From NCBI GenBank assembly GCA_963678315.1, contig OY782781.1:1856001-1920000 (forward strand): 64,000 nt of DNA, given 5' to 3'. Each line of letters opens with the position of its first letter. Position 1 is the first letter of the stretch. The notes beneath the pieces were generated by a model. The model had not been told where the DNA came from. It searched no databases and saw only the letters and a program-made list of their open reading frames with translations. The DNA is from Candidatus Cloacimonadales bacterium. GTDB lineage: Bacteria > Cloacimonadota > Cloacimonadia > Cloacimonadales > JAFGVF01. Made by a program: the position numbers and the translations under genes. Positions 51,518 to 60,383 of the stretch are shown in pieces.

Positions 51518-52801
51518 ATGAAAAAGTATTTATTAATTACTTTATGTTTTTTATCAGTGTTGAGTCTTGTTGCAAATGGTGTAAGTTTGAATAGTATTGG
51601 TCCTAAAGCTGCTGCTATGGGTGGAGCTTTTGTAGGTCAAGCAGATGACGCTACAGCTGTTTATTGGAATCCTGCTGGCTTGGTTGGTCAGGATGCAACA
51701 ATCAATCTATCTTTGGTTGATGTATATGAATATCCAACTTATAAAAATGAGACTTATGGCATAGATGCAGAAGGTGCTGATGAACACTACTTATCACCAC
51801 ATTTATTTATGAATTATGCTAAAGATAAGTTTGCTTGGGGATTTGGTATTTATGTACCTCATGGTTTAGGTGCTGATTGGGATGGTGATAATTTCACTTC
51901 ATTAGCTGGACCAGAAATGCTAGAAGGTGTTATCGCAAATCCATTTGCAGGTAAAGAGTTTGAATGGAAATCAAAGATTGCTATGATTTCTGTTAGTTCT
52001 TCTGCAGCTTATCAAGTATCAGATAGATTCTCTGTAGGTATTGCTGTAAATATTAACCATGGTTCTATGGAAATTAAACGTGGCGAAGATAGACTTGATA
52101 TTGTATCATCTCCTGGAGATATTCTACTTGGTTCAGATGGAAAGATTGATACACAATATCATGAAGAAGTTGAAGGTTCAGGAACTAGTTTTAATTTAGG
52201 TGTTAAATATAAAATCATGGAAAACTTAGATTTAGGTCTTGCTTATCATTCTCCTTCAGTTGTTGCCCTAAAAGGTGATGCTACTTTAGCATTTGCTACA
52301 GGTGATGAAGAGTTATATGTTAGAAGAGATTTAGAATTACCTATGTGGGTTGGTATGGGATTATCCTATAAACCTAATGATAGATGGACTCTTAACTTAG
52401 ATGCTCAATTCACAAATTGGTCTACTTTTGATAAGATGGTTACTCAAGTTCTTATGGAAGACAGTACCGAAAATATAGTAACACATATGGATTGGGAAGA
52501 TTGTATTCAATATAGATTTGGTATGGAATATAAGGCTACAAAATGTCTTGCTTTAAGAGCAGGTTACTTCTATGACCCAGCTCCAGCACCGGATGAAACT
52601 TTGAATTTCTTATTCCCATCATCTGAAAATCATAATGTTGCTGGTGGTATTGGATATACATGGAATAAAATTACTCTTGATCTAAGTGCTGAGTATTATC
52701 TTGGACAAGAAAGAGAAGTTGAACTGGCAGAACATAATATGCCCGGAACACATCAAATGGATATTTTTGCTTACTTAGTTGGTCTTAAATATACTTTCTA
52801 A
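51518..52801 (+). CDS. FadL/OmpP1-family outer-membrane transporter
   Basis: Mature N-terminus NG..LNSIGPKAAAMGGAF..QADDATAVYWNPAGL; C-terminal LKYTF. Confidence 0.88.
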   Translation: MKKYLLITLCFLSVLSLVANGVSLNSIGPKAAAMGGAFVGQADDATAVYWNPAGLVGQDATINLSLVDVYEYPTYKNETYGIDAEGADEHYLSPHLFMNYAKDKFAWGFGIYVPHGLGADWDGDNFTSLAGPEMLEGVIANPFAGKEFEWKSKIAMISVSSSAAYQVSDRFSVGIAVNINHGSMEIKRGEDRLDIVSSPGDILLGSDGKIDTQYHEEVEGSGTSFNLGVKYKIMENLDLGLAYHSPSVVALKGDATLAFATGDEELYVRRDLELPMWVGMGLSYKPNDRWTLNLDAQFTNWSTFDKMVTQVLMEDSTENIVTHMDWEDCIQYRFGMEYKATKCLALRAGYFYDPAPAPDETLNFLFPSSENHNVAGGIGYTWNKITLDLSAEYYLGQEREVELAEHNMPGTHQMDIFAYLVGLKYTF

Positions 52802-52820
52802 GTTGTATGGCATGAGAAGT

Positions 52821-52852
52821 AAAAGGCAGTCGAAAGACTGCCTCTTTTTTTT
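52821..52852. terminator. Bidirectional terminator
   Basis: AGGCAGTC-GAAA-GACTGCCT followed by a T-run. Confidence 0.88.
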
Positions 52853-52979
52853 GTAAAAATAAAGCAAAAACACATAGAATTCAGTCAAATGTAAATAGAC
52901 TAATAATTTCAATTAGAGTTGATTTCATTAGATGAAAGAGATAAAAACTAACAGGATATCAATATAAGTAGTATTTTTG

Positions 52980-53888
52980 TTATTTTTTCCTGTTAATCAT
53001 TAAAATTGCAAAAACCATGACAGAAGCAGAAATCAGTTGTATTTTTGATAAGCTGTGTCCATTTATATAGTAATCAAAAACAACTGATGAAATTGGAAAG
53101 AATAGTTCTGCAAAGGCAGAAGCTGTTGCCTTCACTCTTTTTAAACCATAATAATATAAAAGAATTGCTCCTGAGCCAGTTGTTAAAGATATTAATAGAA
53201 TATATAACCATTGAGTCATATCAACAGCTTTTACATGGGCAAAAACACTGTTAAAACCCATAAATATACCCATTATTATTGCAGTAAAACAATATCTAAA
53301 GTATGTAACTTCTTTAAAATTAAGAGAGGCTAGTGATTTCTTACTAAATACTGTTCCTGCTCCGAAAGAGAAGGCTGCTAATAATGCATATAATGATGCT
53401 GTTAGAAGGTTATTGTCAGCAGAGAAGTTAGGTATGTTGTTTTCAAATGTAAGGAAGTATCCCCCGACAAGAGCTAAAGCACCCCAAATCCAAAAGGTTC
53501 TTGAAGTTTTTTCACCTAAGAATATTCTTGCTAGGATAACTGCAAATATCGGCTGTAATTTTTGTAGAATTACAACTACTGAAAGGTGGTCAAAGTTTAC
53601 TAGGAATAGAGATTTAACTATTGCTATTGTTCCTAATGCACCTCCAAATATTGAAACGACAATTAAACTAAAAAGTGTTTTTACCTCAAGTTTTGGAATA
53701 ATCTTCCAGTATCTACCGAAAATGAAAGTCAATAATATTGCAGGGATGAAGTGCAACATAAATACAACGAATGGGACGTTTAATTTATACAAGTTTGGGG
53801 TTAGAGCTATACCGTCTAATCCCCAGAGGATTGCAGCCACAATAATGGCTATAATACCAAGTAATTCAGCTTTTAATATTTTATTCAT
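52980..53888 (-). CDS. EamA/DMT-family transporter
   Basis: About ten TM segments in two EamA-like halves (AAILWG, LQPIFAVILARIFLGE). Confidence 0.88.
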   Translation of the reverse strand: MNKILKAELLGIIAIIVAAILWGLDGIALTPNLYKLNVPFVVFMLHFIPAILLTFIFGRYWKIIPKLEVKTLFSLIVVSIFGGALGTIAIVKSLFLVNFDHLSVVVILQKLQPIFAVILARIFLGEKTSRTFWIWGALALVGGYFLTFENNIPNFSADNNLLTASLYALLAAFSFGAGTVFSKKSLASLNFKEVTYFRYCFTAIIMGIFMGFNSVFAHVKAVDMTQWLYILLISLTTGSGAILLYYYGLKRVKATASAFAELFFPISSVVFDYYINGHSLSKIQLISASVMVFAILMINRKK

Positions 53889-53927
53889 AATCACCACAAA
53901 TCTAAGCTAGTTCAAATAGTAAAGAAA

Positions 53928-55256
53928 TTATTTTCCTCCAAGCAGAGTTATTCCTTCTATTCTATTCAATAGTCTCTTCTTATCAGCTAAATCGGGCACA
54001 TTTAATCCAGGCTCTAAAGATGTTATAACTGTTTTACCAATTATAAATCTTCCTTCATCTCCCCAGAAACTCTTCGTTCTTAAACCCCAAATATTATGTA
54101 AAACTAAGGGCTCACTTCCTATATGACCAATGTAAAGCATTATGTGACCTGGAACACGAACAAGAGTCTTGAATGGGATAGCATTCTCAATAATGAAAGT
54201 TTTGTATTCTCTTTTTTCAATATCTTTCATTGAAACAAATCTACCTCCATGTTTCGCTTGTGCAGAACTATTGCGTGGAAGCAAAATCCCGAAAGGCATA
54301 AATAAATCTAGCATGGATTGAGAACAATCTCGATTGAAGTACATTCCACCCCAACCATAATTCTGATTCATCATCTTTTCTGACAGTTCTGCAATGTTAT
54401 TTTCGGTAAATTTCACTGGATAATCTTTTACTGAATTATTGCTTATACTTCCAAGGGTAGGACTAGCAAAACCATACTTGTTCTTTCTAAATAATAATAC
54501 TTCAGACTCAAGAGAGTCTGTCTTTGTAAGTGGTAGAATAGTGCCTATGTCAACTGTGCAAATATAAGATACATTGCTATCATAAATTGGTATATCATCT
54601 TGCCAGATAGCTATTTTATTTCTAGATTTTATCTGATTTATTAAATCATCTTCAATATAGGCAATATCTACTGTTTTAACCCAACCACTACAAATATGAC
54701 ACGTTATAAGAGACCAGCCATTTGCTTCATGGTAGATAAATATAGGAGTACCTACTGGAAGAGTACTTTTTTGCCAATAATCAAAAGGGTAACCTTCGCC
54801 TGCTTTTTCAAAATTCAGAAAATATGGCTTATCAGTTGGATTTGAACGAATATTACTTCTTTGAATTGATATTCCCTTAACCAATGTGTTAAATTTTCCA
54901 TTTAATTCCGATTGCTCGTTAAGTTCTTCATATAAGGACGTATCTCGAACTAAAGTATTTTCTGCATAGCCAGCCCATGTTTTGAGTGAAGTTACTTTTT
55001 TACTATAATACTCATAGAGCTTATTAATTTCCAAAGAATCTGTTTCCATGTTAGGATTCCAAGGTGCATAAAACTTCTCATGCGATTCTTTAACTAGTTT
55101 CTCTTGATTTGCAAGTGTATCATTCAAAGAAGAATCCTGCAGATAATAAGTAGTATTCTGTGGGTAAAGCTTTATGTCGTTAATATATCTAGGGTAGCTG
55201 CTACATGCAGATAAAACTACGATTATAACTAGTAATATAAATTTATAGAATTTCAT
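53928..55256 (-). CDS. NlpC/P60 cell-wall peptidase lipoprotein with SH3 domains
   Basis: Lipobox LSAC, GEGYPFD, YGWGG...RDCS, LPRNS..Q, GHIMLYIG. Confidence 0.9.
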   Translation of the reverse strand: MKFYKFILLVIIVVLSACSSYPRYINDIKLYPQNTTYYLQDSSLNDTLANQEKLVKESHEKFYAPWNPNMETDSLEINKLYEYYSKKVTSLKTWAGYAENTLVRDTSLYEELNEQSELNGKFNTLVKGISIQRSNIRSNPTDKPYFLNFEKAGEGYPFDYWQKSTLPVGTPIFIYHEANGWSLITCHICSGWVKTVDIAYIEDDLINQIKSRNKIAIWQDDIPIYDSNVSYICTVDIGTILPLTKTDSLESEVLLFRKNKYGFASPTLGSISNNSVKDYPVKFTENNIAELSEKMMNQNYGWGGMYFNRDCSQSMLDLFMPFGILLPRNSSAQAKHGGRFVSMKDIEKREYKTFIIENAIPFKTLVRVPGHIMLYIGHIGSEPLVLHNIWGLRTKSFWGDEGRFIIGKTVITSLEPGLNVPDLADKKRLLNRIEGITLLGGK

Positions 55257-55409
55257 GAAACCTCACATTGCTTTTAAAATTAATACTTTATCTAGAGAAT
55301 GTTTACTTCTATATTGTAAAATTGATAATTAGATTGCATGTGTCAATAAAAAGTTGTTTCTAATTCAAAACTACTTCTTACAAGCAGACAATTAAAGTGC
55401 TTATCTTTT

Positions 55410-55462
55410 CGTAAGCATGAAGTTTCTTAAACTTCAACCTATCGGTGGATGCTTACAGTCCA
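55410..55462. repeat. Solo copy of palindromic module M1
   Basis: CGTAAGCATGAAGTTTCTTAAACTTCAACCTATCGGTGGATGCTTACAGTCCA, nearly identical to 58392-58444. Confidence 0.9.
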
Positions 55463-55633
55463 TTTTAACCTGAGAAAGAATCCATCTTAGACTTGAGAGT
55501 GTTACTTCTCTGCACCCCAAAAATAGCATGAAATAGCTAGGTTAGGTTAACATAACAATAGAGTTAAAATATTAATTGACAACAATTAAAAATATCTATA
55601 ATCTTGATTTAAGCTTAGAACAAAGGAGATAAT

Positions 55634-58108
55634 ATGAAGTTAATTAAATTAACCTTATTGGCTATGTTTTTTTTATTGTTTTGTTTTGGACTTTATGCTG
55701 AAGGAACAGCACCACAAGGATTAGGAACTTCCGAAAATCCTTATCAAATTGCAAACTTAGAAAATTTACGCTGGCTTTCCACAACCCTTTCTGCTTGGGG
55801 AGCTGAAGATAATCTAGTTTATTATATCCAAACAGAAGATATCGATGCTACAGATACCAGAAATTGGAATGGTGGAGCTGGATTCTCGCCTATCGGGGAT
55901 TATTTAGATTATTCTCCAACAAGAAAATTTATCGGTTCCTATGATGGTCAAAATCACACTATCTCAAACCTCTATATTAATAGATCTAACCAACCTTATA
56001 TTGGCCTTTTTGGATTTATAAAAACAGGAACAATCTCTAATTTAGGCATTATAGACAATATGACAACTGGTAGCACTTATGTAGGGGGATTGGTGGGTCA
56101 TTGTTTTTGGGAATCTACAATCGAAAACTCTTATTCGACAGGACGTGTTTCGGGCTTTAGCAATGTAGGAGGCTTGGTCGGATACTGTGATAGCACTACC
56201 ATATCATATACTTGTGCTACAGGAAGTGTTTCTGGCAATAGCAATGTAGGCGGATTAGTGGGTTATGTTTTTGATTCCACCATATCAAATGCTTATGCTA
56301 CAGGAAGTGTTTTTGGTGAAGTTAATTTTGTAGGAGGCTTGGTTGGAGTCTGTGATAACTCAACGATATCATATACTTATGCCACCGGAAGTGTTTCTAG
56401 CACCGGAAATGGAGCTGTAGGCGGATTGGTGGGAGCAAAATCAATTGTTGCCTTTGTGAACAATTCTTTTTGGGATATTTACACAACTGGTCAAACAGTG
56501 TCAGATGGTGGAAGTGGCTTGCCAACCGAACAAATGACAGATGCAACAGCATATTTACTCGCTGGTTGGGACTTTGTAGGGCCAGCAGATGGACAGAATG
56601 AAGATATTTGGGGCATTCATTCAATAGCTAATGGTGGTTATCCATTCTTGATGTGGCAATTTCAATCTATTATGGATATAAGTGATAGAATTGTTATCGG
56701 TGAAAATGATGTTACGTCACATACTTTTGGTTATACCCAAGTCACAGTAGAAATGTTAGAAAATCATCCAGAAATTACTCTTGATGTTACTCTATACACT
56801 CAAGCACCAAATGTTGTAAATGATGTTTTACCTCCACATGTAACAACATTACTTCCCGTATTTTGGGATGTAGATAGTAACGGTGTAGAAGGCTATAGTT
56901 ACAATTTCACTTTTGATTTAACTGAATTTGAAGATTTAGCTGAAGGAAGTAATTTTGCAGTTCTTAAAAGAGATAGTGCAATGGATGAGTGGAAAGATGT
57001 TTTAGCTTTAGGAGCATCTTTTGAAATAGTTGGTAATCAAGCTATTGTTTCAGGACTTGATTCTTTCTGTCAATTTGCAGTAGGTAACGCAATTGAAGCT
57101 ACTCCGGTAGAAGAAAATCATAGTGACCCTCTTGAATTCCCTCAATCAGGTGTAGAAATAGAGTTTCCTAGTAATAACCCAGCACTTACTTTGGAAGTAA
57201 TTCTGATAGAAAGCACACCAACAATAGTTAATGGATCTTTACCTACTTCAGTTAATAAGCTTTGCTCTAATCACTGGCAAGTAAATTGTAATGGTGTAGC
57301 TGTTTATAACATTACTTTTGATATGACAGGTTTCCCTGAATTAGAAAGCTATAATAACTTTAGAATTCTCAAAAGAGAAGATAATAAAGAAGAATGGATT
57401 GATGTAATAACCCTTGGTGGAATTGTGACTCGCAATGGAAATAAAATTACAGTTTCTGGCTTAGATTCATTCTCTCAATTTGTTCCTGCTTATGATGAAA
57501 ATGATACCCTTCCTGTAACCCTTTCTTCTTTCAATGCTGTAGCCTACTCTGATGAATATGTATCAATCAACTGGGTAACAGAATCAGAATCAAATCTTTT
57601 AGGCTTCAATGTGCTTAGAGCTGAAACTGAGAATGTAGAAAACTCTGTAAGAGTTAACAGCTCAATGATTGCTCCAAATAATACAGGACAAACATCTAGT
57701 TATTCATTTGTAGATGATGAAGTATCAGCAGGAAGATACTACTACTGGTTAGAAACAAGAGAACTCTCTAATGAAGTTCAGCTTAGTCACGCCTTTATGG
57801 TTGAGGTAAAAGCTGGAGATGATAGTCCACAACTACCAACAGAAACTCTTTTAGGTAATCCTTACCCATCACCATTTGCTGGAAATACTCAAGCTGATTT
57901 AAGAGTTAAAGAAGGTGAAACAGCTAGTGTAACAGTATATAACCTATTAGGACAAGTAGTGAAGAGAGAAAGCTTCTCAGCTGGTAATCATACTTTCGAA
58001 TGGAATGGTAATGATTCAAAAGGAAACAGGACAGCTAATGGCATCTATTTCTTTAGAATGACTACTCCATCACAAACAAAATCTTATAAGGTTCTAAAAT
58101 TGAAATAA
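55634..58108 (+). CDS. Secreted GLUG-repeat protein with two internal repeats, LPVTL domain and FlgD-Ig/T9SS type-A-like C-terminal domain
   Basis: Signal peptide, VGGLVG repeats, TLPVTLSSF...WVTESESN, PYPSPF...YNLLGQ...WNGND...ANGIYF...KVLKLK. Confidence 0.85.
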   Translation: MKLIKLTLLAMFFLLFCFGLYAEGTAPQGLGTSENPYQIANLENLRWLSTTLSAWGAEDNLVYYIQTEDIDATDTRNWNGGAGFSPIGDYLDYSPTRKFIGSYDGQNHTISNLYINRSNQPYIGLFGFIKTGTISNLGIIDNMTTGSTYVGGLVGHCFWESTIENSYSTGRVSGFSNVGGLVGYCDSTTISYTCATGSVSGNSNVGGLVGYVFDSTISNAYATGSVFGEVNFVGGLVGVCDNSTISYTYATGSVSSTGNGAVGGLVGAKSIVAFVNNSFWDIYTTGQTVSDGGSGLPTEQMTDATAYLLAGWDFVGPADGQNEDIWGIHSIANGGYPFLMWQFQSIMDISDRIVIGENDVTSHTFGYTQVTVEMLENHPEITLDVTLYTQAPNVVNDVLPPHVTTLLPVFWDVDSNGVEGYSYNFTFDLTEFEDLAEGSNFAVLKRDSAMDEWKDVLALGASFEIVGNQAIVSGLDSFCQFAVGNAIEATPVEENHSDPLEFPQSGVEIEFPSNNPALTLEVILIESTPTIVNGSLPTSVNKLCSNHWQVNCNGVAVYNITFDMTGFPELESYNNFRILKREDNKEEWIDVITLGGIVTRNGNKITVSGLDSFSQFVPAYDENDTLPVTLSSFNAVAYSDEYVSINWVTESESNLLGFNVLRAETENVENSVRVNSSMIAPNNTGQTSSYSFVDDEVSAGRYYYWLETRELSNEVQLSHAFMVEVKAGDDSPQLPTETLLGNPYPSPFAGNTQADLRVKEGETASVTVYNLLGQVVKRESFSAGNHTFEWNGNDSKGNRTANGIYFFRMTTPSQTKSYKVLKLK

Positions 58109-58144
58109 ACTAGGATTGTAAGATACTAGCTTACCAATGAATAT

Positions 58145-58179
58145 AGGACATATCATATCGATATGTCCTTTTCTTTTTT
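58145..58179 (+). terminator. Intrinsic terminator
   Basis: AGGACATATC-ATATC-GATATGTCCT followed by a T-run. Confidence 0.85.
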
Positions 58180-58184
58180 GCTAA

Positions 58185-58797
58185 TGTAAGCATGACTTTT
58201 TCTTGCTCTTCAATCTAGCTATCTATGCTTACACTCCATTATTCTCAATTCTGAATCCGTCTGAACTGTGCTGCAAATCTATATCGTCCCTTCGGGACTC
58301 AAACCACTTATATCATTCTACATGGGGTGCAAGACCCCATGCTAATACATGACACCCCTTTGGGGTTAATACATGACTCCAGTATTGCCAGCGTAAGCAT
58401 AAAGTTTCTTAATCTTCAACCTATCAGTGGATGCTTACACTCCATTATCAATTCATCCTCGCATCCCCTACGATTGAAATCATGGGCTCAGAAAAGATAT
58501 GTCCCCAAGGGACATAAATGAATTTATACCCTGTAAGGGTTAATCAATAAAGAGCCCATGGTTTTAACCATGGGTGATAAAATGGAGATCAATTATCTTT
58601 ATTCTTTTTTTTATTTAGAAGTACAGCCGTTAGTGTTTACAAATTCACTTATAACTAACAAACGTTCTAAGTGAAGCCAGCGCGGAGGCTGGCGATCCCA
58701 GTTTGTCCAATGGCGTTCCCAGTCACTCCTAACTCCTTCCTTAAGGGTCTCATTGAAAAATCGGCTTTTTTTCAAGGAGGCAAGTAAGGGTCGGGTA
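58185..58797 (-). repeat. Palindromic mosaic locus C, inverted homologue of locus B
   Basis: M1 at 58185-58238 and 58391-58444; M4 at 58280-58367; M5 at 58466-58575; M3 at 58668-58702; M2 at 58739-58789. Confidence 0.92.
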
Positions 58798-59011
58798 TTT
58801 TTTGGAAGGAATAGTTTAAACTATGTTGCTTTTAGAAAGGTGAGCATATAGAACTTTTAAGGCTATATAAGATGTATTGGAAAGTAATAATAAAGGAGAA
58901 AGAAAAGTATTGATAAAACAGATTGACATTTAAATGTGAGGATAAGAATTAGTTTAATGAATAGTTTAATCGTAAACTTGATATTAATATAAATTATCTT
59001 ATGAGGAATAA

Positions 59012-60244
59012 ATGGAAAAATCAAGAAATTATACCATTACTAAAAGAATTCTAATTATTTCTGCTTTGTTTAATGGATTCTTTTTATCTTTTGGAAATAT
59101 TCAAGATATTATTGCTAGAAAAGCTTTTGGTGCTGTTGATTGGCAGTTAACACTTTTAGCCATGATGTGGCCTGTTACCAACTTTTTCTCCATTTGGTGG
59201 GGAAAGCTACTTGAACAGAGTGAAAGCAAAGCTAAGTTCTTCTTAATGGTAGGTATATGTGGTAGATTAGCACTTCTTTCTGCTTACTTTATAACTAACA
59301 TTAATATTTATATTTTGATTTATGGTTGGGTAAGTTTCTTTAATGGAATACTATCACCTGCTACAAATTCGATATATCAAGCCAATTTCCCCAAAGATAG
59401 GTCTAAGATATTTGGTTTAACAATTTCTCTTAGTTCCCTTGTAAGTGTTGTTTTTGCTTTTCTAGCAGGAAGAATGTTAGATACTAATGAGAATAATGTA
59501 AGACTTATTTTTATAACTGTAGCAATAGCAGGATTTATTGGGTCATCAGTATTAAGTCTGGTTAAGCTTGATTCTCATAATGTAAAGCTTCAAAAGAAAG
59601 AGAAAAATACAAACTTTCTAACTCCATTGAAAAGGGCATTAAGACTACTCAAAACTAACAAACCTTATGCTCATTTTCAGAGAGATTTCACTCTTTATGG
59701 TTTTGGATTTCTGTCTTTAGTTCCTGTAGTGCCAATCTTTTTAGTTGATTATTTAAAACTGAATTATACAGAATCATTTATTTCAAAAGGAATTTTAGCA
59801 CAAGTAGGATTATTAATCTTATCTCCTATTATAGGTAGATTTCATGATAGATTTCATCCATTTAAGTTTATTACTATAGCCTTTGCTGGCATAGCAATGT
59901 TTCCAATTTTATTGATAGTAACTGGATTAATGAATAACCATTTAACCACATTGATTGCTATATATGGAACATATATTGTGTATGGCTTGGCTATGGCTGC
60001 TGTTAATATTGCCTGGAACATGAGCTCAATTCATTTTGCAGGGGATGATGATGTCTCTATGTATCAGAGTTTACACATAACTATTACAGGGATAAGAGGT
60101 CTGTTTGCACCAATCTTAGGTATCTTAGCAAAGAATTTACTTGGAGTGTATGGAGCTTTTGCCATGTCTTGTTGCTTCTTTTTATCTGCTTCAATATTCT
60201 CATATCTCGATTATAAAAAATATTCTCAAGGAAAGTTAAATTAA
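59012..60244 (+). CDS. MFS transporter
   Basis: About 12 TM segments, WGKLLE and IGRFHDR loop motifs. Confidence 0.85.
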   Translation: MEKSRNYTITKRILIISALFNGFFLSFGNIQDIIARKAFGAVDWQLTLLAMMWPVTNFFSIWWGKLLEQSESKAKFFLMVGICGRLALLSAYFITNINIYILIYGWVSFFNGILSPATNSIYQANFPKDRSKIFGLTISLSSLVSVVFAFLAGRMLDTNENNVRLIFITVAIAGFIGSSVLSLVKLDSHNVKLQKKEKNTNFLTPLKRALRLLKTNKPYAHFQRDFTLYGFGFLSLVPVVPIFLVDYLKLNYTESFISKGILAQVGLLILSPIIGRFHDRFHPFKFITIAFAGIAMFPILLIVTGLMNNHLTTLIAIYGTYIVYGLAMAAVNIAWNMSSIHFAGDDDVSMYQSLHITITGIRGLFAPILGILAKNLLGVYGAFAMSCCFFLSASIFSYLDYKKYSQGKLN

Positions 60245-60383
60245 TTTATAGTTCACTAACTATATACTAATAAAATAAGTAGTTAGAAGCTATGTCCGTA
60301 TCCCACTACAAAAAAATAATAGTAAAATGTAATATGGAATGAATATTGTATTACATAATTTAAAAGAATTTAAGTAGGTGGAT

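Noticed and set aside
58327..58521. 64-aa ORF inside locus C
   Set aside because: Runs through palindromic modules, has no RBS, and the homologous arrays show no equivalent ORF.
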